From Alphaproteobacteria bacterium (GTDB lineage Bacteria > Pseudomonadota > Alphaproteobacteria > UBA2966), in assembly GCA_964291395.2 (NCBI GenBank), contig OZ219858.1, forward strand, positions 928,001-992,000: a stretch of 64,000 bases of DNA, written 5' to 3'. The translations under genes and the position numbers were made by a program. The notes under the pieces are model-generated. The model was given only the letters and a program-made list of their open reading frames with translations, did not search any database and had not been told where the DNA came from. Below are positions 55,147 to 64,000 of this stretch, piece after piece (the first letter of the stretch is position 1; every line of letters begins with the position of its first letter).

Positions 55147-55871
55147 CGGTGGCCCCCGACTACCGGACCATCGCGTCGGCTCTGCTGGATGCCGGCCTGA
55201 CCCCGCGGGGCGGTTTCCATGCCGAGGAAGCCGACGACGTGCCGGCGATGGGTGACGGCATGCGGGCGGTTACGCTGATTCTCGCTGGGAATGTCGGCAG
55301 CAGCCTGTGGCAGGCCTTTTCCGGCGATCATCCGGCCGAGAGCGCCGACAACGAACTCTGCCCGACGCAGCTCGACGACTGGTCCCGGGAGGCCCTGACC
55401 CGGGTCGCCGACGCCCTGGGAGGACCGGCGCGATGCAGGCCTCTGTTTCCCTTCGAGGGACCGCCCTTCCTGCCCTTCATCCGCTGGGCGCAGCGGGCGG
55501 AGCCGGTGTTTCCCTCGCCCATCGGGCCGCTCATCCACCCGGAGTACGGCCTCTGGCATGCCTACCGCGGTGCGCTGGCGTTCCCGCAGGCGATTCAACT
55601 GCCGCCGTACCCGGATCGGAGGAACCCGTGCGAGACCTGCGAGGCAAAGCCTTGTCTCTCGGGCTGTCCGGTCGGCGCCCATGACGGGAGCGCCTTCGAC
55701 CTCGATCGATGCGTCGGCCACATCGCTTCCGATGACGGCGCGAATTGCATGGCCGAGGGCTGCCTCGCGCGCCGGGCCTGTCCCGTCGGGCGCAGCTATC
55801 GGTATGCGCCCGACCACGCACGGTTTCACATGGTCGCGTTTCGCAGGACCAATCGGAGGGTGCTGGGCTAG
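55143..55871 (+). CDS. Ferredoxin-like protein with HPxxG-W motif (QueG/CblC-like region)
   Basis: ATGA overlap; IHPEYGLWHAYRGAL; CETC..KPCLSGCP and C..GCLARRACP. Confidence 0.75.
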   Translation: MTVAPDYRTIASALLDAGLTPRGGFHAEEADDVPAMGDGMRAVTLILAGNVGSSLWQAFSGDHPAESADNELCPTQLDDWSREALTRVADALGGPARCRPLFPFEGPPFLPFIRWAQRAEPVFPSPIGPLIHPEYGLWHAYRGALAFPQAIQLPPYPDRRNPCETCEAKPCLSGCPVGAHDGSAFDLDRCVGHIASDDGANCMAEGCLARRACPVGRSYRYAPDHARFHMVAFRRTNRRVLG

Positions 55872-56638
55872 GACATGCCCATGCCGGTCTCACCGCCGTC
55901 GACGTAGATGACGGTGCCGGTCATGAAAGAGGCCTCGTCGGAGGCGAGGAAGAGGATGGCGTTGGCCACCTCCACGGGCGTCCCGGGGCGCTTCAGCATG
56001 GTGCCGTTCCCGAAATCCCGCCGGTATTCCTCGTGTGTCTTGCCCATGCCTTCCGCGCGCGCCTGGTGAAAGTCGGTGAAGATGGGTCCGGGCCCGATTG
56101 CCATGACCCGCACGTTGTCGGCGGCGTGATCGCGGGCCATGCTGCGGTTGAGGCCGAGGATGGCGGCCTTCGTCGTGTCGTATTGCACGCATTTGGAACC
56201 GGCGCGCAGCGAACGGACGGAGGCGATGTTCACCACCACACCGCCGCCCGTCTTCTTCATGGCGGTGATCCCCGCCTTGGCGCAGTATATGTAGCTTCTC
56301 AGGTTCACCCCGAGCACGTCGTCCCAGCTCTCTGCCGAGGCCTCGGTGACATCTTCGTAGTTTCGGATCGCGGCGTTGTTCACCAGCACGTCCAGGCGCC
56401 CGAAACGCGACACGGTTTCGTCGATAAAGCGTGTGCAGTCACTTTCCTTCGAAACGTCGCCGGCCATGAAGAACGCGTTGTCGGCGCCGAGCTCCTTTTC
56501 AAAGGCCGTTCCCTTCTCCGCGTTCAAGTCGCAGAAGCCGACCCGGCCTCCTTCCTCGAGGAAGCGGCGCACCGCGGCGGCGCCGATACCCCCGGCGCCG
56601 CCCGTGACGGCGACCGCCTTTCCGTCCATGCGTCCCAT
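55868..56638 (-). CDS. SDR oxidoreductase
   Basis: TGGAGGIG, NNAA, YDTTK. Confidence 0.9.
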   Translation of the reverse strand: MGRMDGKAVAVTGGAGGIGAAAVRRFLEEGGRVGFCDLNAEKGTAFEKELGADNAFFMAGDVSKESDCTRFIDETVSRFGRLDVLVNNAAIRNYEDVTEASAESWDDVLGVNLRSYIYCAKAGITAMKKTGGGVVVNIASVRSLRAGSKCVQYDTTKAAILGLNRSMARDHAADNVRVMAIGPGPIFTDFHQARAEGMGKTHEEYRRDFGNGTMLKRPGTPVEVANAILFLASDEASFMTGTVIYVDGGETGMGMS

Positions 56639-56800
56639 AGTGCTTTCTCTTTCTGCCGAGGTTCGAGTGGTTCATGCGCCGACCTTCGCTGACGAGTCCG
56701 CCTGGGTGGAAGGACGCTGCGCGAGATTCATGATACGACGGCGGCGACGTGATATGCGAATGCATGTCTGATACCGACGCCCGAATGCCAGGCACGATTC

Positions 56801-57703
56801 ATGGCCGTTGAGATTCCTTACGTCCGCGACATGACCTTCGAGTACGGGAAGGCCGATCGGGTCTCCCCCATGATCCGCCGCGTCGTCGCGGAGAATCCGA
56901 GCGCCTTCACGTTTCACGGCACGGGGACCTATATCATCGGCCAAGGCGCCGTCGCCGTGATCGATCCGGGGCCCTTGCTCGACTCGCACGTCGATGCCCT
57001 GGAGCGGGCTCTGGGGCCGGAGCGCGTAACCCATATCGTCATCACCCACACCCATCGTGATCACTCCCCGGCGGCCCGGCCTCTGAAGGAGGCGACCGGC
57101 GCGCCGACATATGGATTCGGCCCCCACGGTTCCGGCCGCCCGGACGGCGGCGGGGAGGTCGAGGAAGGCGCTGACCGGAATTTCGTTCCGGATGTCCGCG
57201 TACGCGACGGCGACCGTATCGAAGGGAGCGGTTGGACGCTGGAAGCGGTGCATACGCCCGGCCACACGTCGAACCATCTGTGCTACGCGCTCCTTGAAGA
57301 GAACGCCCTGTTTCCGGGCGATCACGTCATGGGTTGGTCCACGACCGTCGTCTCGCCCCCCGATGGGGATATGCGGGCCTACATGCGGAGCCTCGAGCGC
57401 CTGCAGGCGCGCGGCGAAGAGGTGTTCTGGCCGACGCACGGGCCGCCCATTCCCGAACCGCAGGAATTCACCGCAGCGCTGCTCGCGCACCGCCGCGAGC
57501 GCGAGGACCAGATCACGGCGTGTCTGGCCGGCGGCAGGTCAACGATCCCGGAGATGGTCGAGACCATGTACGCCGACGTCGGCCGCCACTTGCACGCTGC
57601 GGCGGCCCGTTCCGTCCTCTCTCACCTGATCCACATGGTGGAAACCGGTCGCGTCTGCTGCGACGGTCCGCCCGGTCCGGACACGGTCTATCGGCTCGAG
57701 TGA
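56801..57703 (+). CDS. MBL-fold metallo-hydrolase (LACTB2-like)
   Basis: THTHRDH, HTPGH, GDH, PTHG. Confidence 0.9.
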   Translation: MAVEIPYVRDMTFEYGKADRVSPMIRRVVAENPSAFTFHGTGTYIIGQGAVAVIDPGPLLDSHVDALERALGPERVTHIVITHTHRDHSPAARPLKEATGAPTYGFGPHGSGRPDGGGEVEEGADRNFVPDVRVRDGDRIEGSGWTLEAVHTPGHTSNHLCYALLEENALFPGDHVMGWSTTVVSPPDGDMRAYMRSLERLQARGEEVFWPTHGPPIPEPQEFTAALLAHRREREDQITACLAGGRSTIPEMVETMYADVGRHLHAAAARSVLSHLIHMVETGRVCCDGPPGPDTVYRLE

Positions 57704-57796
57704 TACCAAGAAATCCGAAATCCCCTTGCCGGCGGGCTGTCGCGGGAATCGCCGGACCGGAAACCCCTGCAAGGACTCCTCGGCGGCCGGACCAGC

Positions 57797-59434
57797 CTAT
57801 TCCGCGGCGTCGACGGTGGGGAGCGCGTGGTCCCGGTAATCCTCCCGAAGTTGAGATTTGAGCAGCTTCCCCGTCGCGGTGTGGGGCAGTTCGGGAACGA
57901 AGACGACATCGTCGGGCAGCCACCACTTCGCGACCTTGTCGCTGAGGTATTCGACCATCGCGTTGCGATCGAGGCCGCTGCCCTTGGCCTTGACGATCAG
58001 CAGAAGCGGACGCTCATCCCATTTTGGGTGAGGCACCGCGATGACACAGGCCTCGACGACCTCGGGATGGCCCACGGCGATGTTCTCCAGGTCGATCGAA
58101 CTGATCCATTCGCCGCCGGACTTGATCACGTCCTTGGAGCGGTCGACGATCTGCATGAACCCGTCCGGATCCAACGTCGCGACGTCACCCGTCTTGAACC
58201 ACCCGTCGATGAAGCTCTCGCCGCCTTCGCCCTTGTAATAGCCGTCGCAGACCGTGCCGCCCCGGACCATGAGGTCGCCGAACGCTTCGCCGTCGCGGGG
58301 CAGTTCGTTGCCGTCGTCGTCGACGATCTTCATCTCCACGCCAAAGATGCCGCGGCCCTGCTTGGCCTGGATGTCGTAGCGCTGCTCGGCCGGAAGCTCC
58401 GCCATGCCCGGCTTGAAATTTCCGGTCGTTCCGATCGGGCTCATCTCGGTCATCCCCCAGGCGTGGATGACGCGGGTGTTGTGGTCTTCCTCGTACTCTT
58501 GCGTCAGCGCGCGCGGCATCGCCGATCCGCCCGAGACCAGACGCTCCAGGGTCGTCAGCGTACTCTTCGATCCGCGAAGGTATTGGGCCAACGCCAGCCA
58601 GACCGTCGGCACGCCCGCGGTGAACGTCACCTTCTCCGATTCCATCAACTCGTAGACGCTCTCCCCGTCGAGCTGACGCCCCGGCAGGACGAGTTTCGAA
58701 CCCGCCGCCGGGGCGCCGTAGACGAGGCCCCAGGCGTTCGCGTGGAACATGGGAACGACAGGCATGACGACGTCGACCGAGCGCAGGCCCAGGGTGTCGC
58801 TCATGCAGACCATCATGGTGTGCAGCACGGTCGAACGGTGGGTGTAGAGCACGCCCTTCGGGTTGCCCGTCGTCCCGGAGGTGTAGCACAGCGACGAGGC
58901 CGTCCGCTCGTCGAGCTCCGGCCATTCGTAGTCCGCACTCTCTGCCCCGACCAGCGTCTCGTAGCACATCGCATTGGGCAGCGAAGTGTCGGGCATGTGC
59001 GTTTCGTCCGTGAGAACGACGTATGCCTTCACGCTCGAAAGCGAGTCGGCCAGGCCCTCGACGAGTTCCACGAACGTGAGATCGAGGAAGAGATACGAAT
59101 CCCCGGCGTGGTTGGCGATGTAGGAAATCTGCTCGGAGAACAAACGCGGATTGATGGTGTGGCAGATGGCGCCGATGCCCGAGATCCCGTAATAGGCCTC
59201 GAAATGCCGGCAGGTGTTCCAGGCCAGCGTGCCGATCCGATCCCCCTTCCGGACGCCGAGACGGAGCAGCGCGTTGGCGAGCTTCTTGGCACGATCCCTG
59301 GCGTCACGGTAGGTGTACCGATGGATGGGTCCTTCGACCATGCGGCTTACGATCTCGCGCTCGCCGTGGTAGTCCGCCGCGAAATCCATGATGGTGGAGA
59401 TCAGCAACGGCCGGTCCATGATCAATCCGCGCAA
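57797..59434 (-). CDS. Medium/long-chain acyl-CoA ligase (AlkK/DmdB-like)
   Basis: [38 protein letters not shown]; TTG start after a GGAAGGGAAG RBS-like tract. Confidence 0.9.
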   Translation of the reverse strand: MRGLIMDRPLLISTIMDFAADYHGEREIVSRMVEGPIHRYTYRDARDRAKKLANALLRLGVRKGDRIGTLAWNTCRHFEAYYGISGIGAICHTINPRLFSEQISYIANHAGDSYLFLDLTFVELVEGLADSLSSVKAYVVLTDETHMPDTSLPNAMCYETLVGAESADYEWPELDERTASSLCYTSGTTGNPKGVLYTHRSTVLHTMMVCMSDTLGLRSVDVVMPVVPMFHANAWGLVYGAPAAGSKLVLPGRQLDGESVYELMESEKVTFTAGVPTVWLALAQYLRGSKSTLTTLERLVSGGSAMPRALTQEYEEDHNTRVIHAWGMTEMSPIGTTGNFKPGMAELPAEQRYDIQAKQGRGIFGVEMKIVDDDGNELPRDGEAFGDLMVRGGTVCDGYYKGEGGESFIDGWFKTGDVATLDPDGFMQIVDRSKDVIKSGGEWISSIDLENIAVGHPEVVEACVIAVPHPKWDERPLLLIVKAKGSGLDRNAMVEYLSDKVAKWWLPDDVVFVPELPHTATGKLLKSQLREDYRDHALPTVDAAE

Positions 59435-59484
59435 CGACGACTTCCCTTCCTACGCTGGTGATTCCGCACGTCCCGCCGCATCGG

Positions 59485-60222
59485 CTAGACGTGCTGCCCT
59501 CCGTTCACGTGGATCTCCGCGCCGTTCACGTAGGCGGCGGGCTCGGAGCAGAGGAAATAGATGAGGGACGCCACCTCCTCCGGACGCCCCAGGCGGCCCA
59601 TGGGAATCTCTTCGGCCAGGGCCTGATACTCCGGACTGATCATGGCCGTCTCGATCTCGCCCGGGGAGATTGCATTGACACGCACGCCGTGGGGCCCGAA
59701 ATCCGCCGCCATCTCGCGGGTGAGCGCCGCAAGCGCCGCCTTCGACGTGGCGTATGCCGACCCGGCGAAGGGATGGACGCGTCCGCCGGCGATCGAGGTC
59801 ACGTTGATGACGCAGCCGCGGCCTTCCTTCAGCTCCTGGACCAGACTGCGGGCCAGCATGACCGGCGCGTAGAAGTTCACGTTGAAGACGGTCTGCCAGA
59901 GATCGATTCCTGTGTTCAGCGTATCCATCCGCTCGCCGTTGTCGCTCTTCGGCGAGATGGCCGCGTTGTTCACCAGCGCGTTCAACGGTGCGCCGTCGAG
60001 CCGTGACTTCATGTCCGCGATGGCGTCGTCCAGATTGTGGATGTCGGCCAGATCGATGACCACGTGGTCCTCCGGCCCCGCCTCCCACGGACAGTCCTCG
60101 GGGAAGGCGTGACGGGAGCAGGTGATCACCCGCCAGCCGGCGGCGCTGAATCGCTTGACGGTTGCGTGGCCGATGCCCCGGCTGGCCCCGGTGAGGATAA
60201 GCGTCCGTCGATCGTTCGCCAT
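59485..60222 (-). CDS. SDR oxidoreductase (FixR-like)
   Basis: TGASRGIG, CPW, NNAAISPK, RVHPFAG.AYATSK. Confidence 0.88.
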   Translation of the reverse strand: MANDRRTLILTGASRGIGHATVKRFSAAGWRVITCSRHAFPEDCPWEAGPEDHVVIDLADIHNLDDAIADMKSRLDGAPLNALVNNAAISPKSDNGERMDTLNTGIDLWQTVFNVNFYAPVMLARSLVQELKEGRGCVINVTSIAGGRVHPFAGSAYATSKAALAALTREMAADFGPHGVRVNAISPGEIETAMISPEYQALAEEIPMGRLGRPEEVASLIYFLCSEPAAYVNGAEIHVNGGQHV

Positions 60223-60272
60223 ATCGGGGAAGTTTCAGTCCTTGAACCGGCGCCCATCGCCTCCGGGCGGCA

Positions 60273-61136
60273 TCAGTGCGCCATGAGCACGGGTACGGCG
60301 CTGCGGGTCAGGACGTCGCGCGTGACGCCGCCGAACACCAGGCGGCGCAATCGGCTTCGCGTGTAGGCTCCCATGACCAGCATGTCGGCTCCCGCAGCGC
60401 TCGTGGCGGCGAGCAGGCTCTCGCAGTCCGAGCCCTTTCGCTCCAGATCACGGCCTTCGGCCCTGACGCCGTGCCAAGCCAGATAGTTGGTCACGTCTTC
60501 CGTGCCCGGTCCGCTGTGATTCTCGGCATCGACCTCGAGCACGCTGACCCTGTCCGCCTTTTCCAGGAACGGCATGGCGTAGTTGATCGCCTTGCCTGCC
60601 TCCGGGCTCCCGTTCCAATAGATGGCGATAGAGGAGCCGAACTCGACGGGGTCGCTCGGCGGCAGAATCAGGACCGGACGCCCGGTGTCCAGCAGAGCCG
60701 CCTCGAGCGTCACGGAAAAGGTGACTTCTTCACCGCCGCCTTCAGGCCGCCGCGCGAAGATCAGGTCGGCCAATCGGCCGCGCGACGCCACGACGTCCTC
60801 CTCGCGCCCGGTCACGATCGTGAAATGCGCGGTTCCGGGGCCCGAATCCGGTTGATCGCTGATGGTCACGCCGTTCCTCTGGCAAGCGTCTTCGAACACC
60901 TTCTGGGCTTCCTGCCGGCGTTCGTCGGATTCGCGTTCGGCGACGGCCATGACGTCTCCGATCATGGCGCTGGTCATTCCCTCGCCCACGTAAGCCACGG
61001 AATCACGCGGGTCCATCGCGACATGGAGTGTCTCAAGGTGGGCGCCCCATTCGCGAGACAGCCTGATCACCGCATCCATCCACTGGCCGCGGCCGGGCAG
61101 GCCACTGAGCGGTACGAGTATGGTCTTGATAGCCAA
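60273..61136 (-). CDS. Universal stress protein (tandem Usp domains)
   Basis: KTILVPL, GRPVL, LVMGAY..SRLR..VFGGVTR..PVLMAH. Confidence 0.9.
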   Translation of the reverse strand: MAIKTILVPLSGLPGRGQWMDAVIRLSREWGAHLETLHVAMDPRDSVAYVGEGMTSAMIGDVMAVAERESDERRQEAQKVFEDACQRNGVTISDQPDSGPGTAHFTIVTGREEDVVASRGRLADLIFARRPEGGGEEVTFSVTLEAALLDTGRPVLILPPSDPVEFGSSIAIYWNGSPEAGKAINYAMPFLEKADRVSVLEVDAENHSGPGTEDVTNYLAWHGVRAEGRDLERKGSDCESLLAATSAAGADMLVMGAYTRSRLRRLVFGGVTRDVLTRSAVPVLMAH

Positions 61137-61225
61137 CTCACCCTCCCTTGGTTCCTCTCCCGCGCGAATCTAACACGGTGTGGATACCCGGCCAATCGAC
61201 AGTCTCGCGGTCGGCTGGAGTCGAC

Positions 61226-62194
61226 TCAGGCGAGGTGCGGCGGGATCTCTTCCACACCTTCCGGATCTTCGTGAATGATCACTTCGGCCTTGGGAAAGGC
61301 GTCGAGGATCCGTTCCTCGATTTCGTCGGAGATGCGGTGCGCCTCCAGCAACGTCATGCCGCCGTCCAATTCGAGGTGGAGCTGGATGAAGGTGTTGAGT
61401 CCGGAAGACCGCGTCCGCAGGTCGTGCATGCTCCGGACTTCCGGATGGGCGTGCACGATATCCTTGATGCGCTGCCGGTCCTCCTCGGGAAGTTCGTGAT
61501 CCATCAACATGTTGAAGGACGTCCGGAAGATCTCCCAGGCGCAGAAGGAGATGTATGCGGCCACGGCCATGGCGACCAGGGGGTCGACGAACCGCCAATC
61601 CAGCAGGATCGCGGCCAGCAGCCCGCCGATGATGCCGAGATTGACCAGCAGGTCGGCCTTGTAGTGGACGGAATCGGCGGATACCGCGATCGACCCGCTC
61701 TTGCGCACGACGTAGCGTTGATAGGTGACCAGCATCAGTGTCAGCACGACGGAAAACGCCATGACGGAAACGCCTATCATCCCGTTCTCGATCGGTTGTG
61801 GATGAAGCAGCCGGTTCGTCGCTTCGAACAGGAGAAACACCGCCGAGCCGCCGATGAACACCGCTTGCCCCAAACCCGCCAGCGGCTCGGCCTTTCCATG
61901 GCCGAACCGGTGCTCCGCGTCCGCCGGCGTCAGCGCGTGTCGAATGGCGAGCAGGTTGATGCCCGACGCCACGACATCGAGCAGGGAATCGACGAGCGAG
62001 CTCAGCATGGCGACCGAGCCGGTCATCAGCCACGCGAATGTCTTGGCGACGACGAGGAGGGAAGCCACCGAGACGGCAGCACGGCTGGCGCGGCGCATGA
62101 GGCGCGCGGACTCGGCGGGTCCCGCGCCCTCCGGCGCGTGTCGCGGCGCCGGCGGCACGGGATCGGCGCGATAGGTCGGCCGTTCCTCGGTCAC
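61226..62194 (-). CDS. Cation diffusion facilitator (FieF-like)
   Basis: SLVDSLLD, HRFGHGKAE, ADSVHY..D, HDLRTR, IIHEDP. Confidence 0.92.
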   Translation of the reverse strand: MTEERPTYRADPVPPAPRHAPEGAGPAESARLMRRASRAAVSVASLLVVAKTFAWLMTGSVAMLSSLVDSLLDVVASGINLLAIRHALTPADAEHRFGHGKAEPLAGLGQAVFIGGSAVFLLFEATNRLLHPQPIENGMIGVSVMAFSVVLTLMLVTYQRYVVRKSGSIAVSADSVHYKADLLVNLGIIGGLLAAILLDWRFVDPLVAMAVAAYISFCAWEIFRTSFNMLMDHELPEEDRQRIKDIVHAHPEVRSMHDLRTRSSGLNTFIQLHLELDGGMTLLEAHRISDEIEERILDAFPKAEVIIHEDPEGVEEIPPHLA

Positions 62195-62811
62195 GGGTAG
62201 AGCCTCGTCAACTGCCAGCCCCCGTCCATCCGGTCGAACTGCAGGCGGTCGTGCAGCCGGAACGGTCGCTGGCTCCAGAATTCGACACGGACCGGTTTCA
62301 GCCGGTATCCCGACCAGAACTTTGGACGCGGGATGTCGCCGATGACGTACCTGGCGGCGTATTTCGCGACTTCGCGCTCGAGCTCGAAGCGCCGTTGCAG
62401 CGGTTGCGATTGGCGGGACGCCCAGGCCCCGATCTTGCTTTCGCGGTCCCGCGTGGCGAAGTAGGCATCGGCTTCACCTTCAGCGAGCACCTCGACCGTG
62501 CCTTCCACGCGGACCTGCCGGGTCAGGCTCTTCCAGTGAAAGCACATCGCCGCCCGGGGATTGGCCGCCAACTCCTCGCCCTTGCGGCTTTCGAGGTTGG
62601 TGTAGAACACGAACCCGTCGGCGCCGTATTCCTTGAGAAGCACCATGCGCAGGGAGGGCCTCCCGTCAGGCGTGGCGGTGGCCAGCGACGCGGCGTTGGG
62701 AAGCGACGGCTCGCTGCCCTCGGCGTCCTTCATCCACCGCGTGAACTTTTCCAGTGGATCCTCGGACGCAAGTTCCGGATCCTGCGGCTCCTTGAGGTCA
62801 GACGACGTCAC
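62191..62811 (-). CDS. pdxH: Pyridoxamine 5'-phosphate oxidase
   Basis: RMVLLK, FYTN..SRKG, RQVRVEG, GAWAS.QS, EFW..R..RLHDR; GTG start inferred. Confidence 0.95.
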   Translation of the reverse strand: MTSSDLKEPQDPELASEDPLEKFTRWMKDAEGSEPSLPNAASLATATPDGRPSLRMVLLKEYGADGFVFYTNLESRKGEELAANPRAAMCFHWKSLTRQVRVEGTVEVLAEGEADAYFATRDRESKIGAWASRQSQPLQRRFELEREVAKYAARYVIGDIPRPKFWSGYRLKPVRVEFWSQRPFRLHDRLQFDRMDGGWQLTRLYP

Positions 62812-63147
62812 TGTGCGCCCTCGGTCGTGGCCGACTGCAGCCCGAAGCACTGCCTCGGCGCACGGCGTCTGGAGAATCGATCACGGGTCAATTCTAGCGA
62901 GCGCCGCAACGGATTGTCGACACGACCCGGCCCGGGCTCGAAAAATGGCCCCGGCGCCCCCATATTGATGTTTGCGCGGCATTTGCCGGCGGCGCACGAA
63001 GGGGCCGCAGATCCGATAGCCGGCCTTAATTCGGCCTGAATGCTGGTATAGTGGGAATCGATCGGGAAGATCGAACAATTTCGGAAGGAAGGACGGGCCG
63101 TTGTTGCGGTCCGTGTCCATCGGGCGAAACGAGAGGCGTGCGACATC

Positions 63148-63624
63148 ATGAAGACGTTCAAGTTCTTACTTATCGGTGCCATGGCGCTGTCGCTGGCGGC
63201 ATGCACGGAGTCATCCGGCCCCAAGCAGCAAGTCGGAACCTTGCTGGGCGCGGCAGCCGGCGCCGTCGCCGGTGCGCAGGTCGGCAGGGGAAAGGGTCAG
63301 CTCGCCGCGACGGCCGTGGGGACCCTGCTCGGAGCGCTCGCCGGCAGCGAGATCGGCAAATCGCTCGATCGGGCGGATATGGCTTACTTGCGGCAGACGC
63401 AGCAGAAGGCGCTCGAGACCGTTCCGTCCGGATCGTCGACCTCCTGGGTGAATCCGGATTCCGGAAACTCCGGTCAGGTCACGCCGCAACGGACGTATCA
63501 GAACGCGAGCGGCACCTATTGCCGGGAGTTTCAGCAAACGGTGACGGTTGGCGGCAATACCGAGTCGGCGTATGGCACGGCCTGCCGTCAGCCCGACGGC
63601 ACGTGGAAGATCATCAGCGGCTGA
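63148..63624 (+). CDS. 17-kDa surface-antigen-like glycine-zipper lipoprotein
   Basis: LAAC lipobox, glycine zipper, [22 protein letters not shown]. Confidence 0.9.
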   Translation: MKTFKFLLIGAMALSLAACTESSGPKQQVGTLLGAAAGAVAGAQVGRGKGQLAATAVGTLLGALAGSEIGKSLDRADMAYLRQTQQKALETVPSGSSTSWVNPDSGNSGQVTPQRTYQNASGTYCREFQQTVTVGGNTESAYGTACRQPDGTWKIISG

Positions 63625-63650
63625 GCGCCGGCATCCACCTGGGCGGGCTG

Positions 63651-63679
63651 CGGCGGTTCGGGCTGGGCTCGAACCGCCG
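63651..63679 (+). terminator. GC-rich hairpin after the lipoprotein gene
   Basis: CGGCGGTTCGGGC-TGG-GCTCGAACCGCCG 13-bp stem (one G-U); no U tract. Confidence 0.5.
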
Positions 63680-63706
63680 TCGGTCGGCTCACGCCGCGAA
63701 ACGGTT

Positions 63707-64000
63707 ATGGGCGGGAAACGCTGGATAGCTGCCGCAGCATTCATCGTATGCACGGCGACCGTCGCGCGCGCGGATTTTGCCGCCGGTCTCAGGTCCTACG
63801 AGACCGGTGACTATTCCACCGCCTACAAGGAGTGGCTGCCGCTCGCCGAAGCGGGAGATCCGGCCGCGCAACGCAACCTCGGACACCTCTACCGTCTCGG
63901 CCGGGGAGTGACGAAGGATTTCGTCAAGGCGGTGGAGTGGTACCGCAAGTCTGCCGAGCAGGGATTCTCGCGGGCGCAGGCGAATCTCGGCAACATGTAC
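63707..64000 (+). CDS. Sel1-repeat exported protein (truncated by window end; absent from the ORF track)
   Basis: Hand translation: MGGKRWIAAAAFIVCTATVARA-DFAAGLRSYETGDYSTAYKEWLPLAEAGDPAAQRNLGHLYRLGRGVTKDFVKAVEWYRKSAEQG. Confidence 0.88.
   Translation, partial: MGGKRWIAAAAFIVCTATVARADFAAGLRSYETGDYSTAYKEWLPLAEAGDPAAQRNLGHLYRLGRGVTKDFVKAVEWYRKSAEQGFSRAQANLGNMY

Overview
High-GC alphaproteobacterial chromosomal segment (Rhodospirillales-like gene order), about 68 genes, mostly core: soeABC sulfite dehydrogenase, msrP, an EF-G paralogue, aspartate aminotransferase, uvrB, a DUF1538/P-II/CBS/CaCA cluster, folB, uvrC-pgsA-mobB-moeA-moaD-moaE, ilvE/MarR/OmpR/EnvZ-like, proC, lgt-pgeF-prs-rplY-pth, mtnP-apt-mtnA, petABC, hemF, pcm, pdxH. 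I found no rRNA, tRNA, CRISPR array, integrase or transposase. Features the ORF track misses or splits: (1) an AhpD/CMD-like selenoprotein, 49958-51127, with an in-frame UGA in a CxxU motif followed by a SECIS-like hairpin; (2) a CCAEP-tail radical SAM gene paired with an ATP-grasp ligase and an unusual Nfu protein, product unknown; (3) an MTA/5'-deoxyadenosine salvage operon ending in a fused class II aldolase-SDR; (4) an origin-like cluster of DnaA boxes, an IHF site and an AT-rich tract upstream of uvrC; (5) an 846-bp parDE islet bounded by a duplicated gene 3' end; (6) a 114-bp decayed copy of soeA behind soeC; (7) three genes with in-frame internal deletions. Family assignments come from motif recognition by eye; no searches were run.
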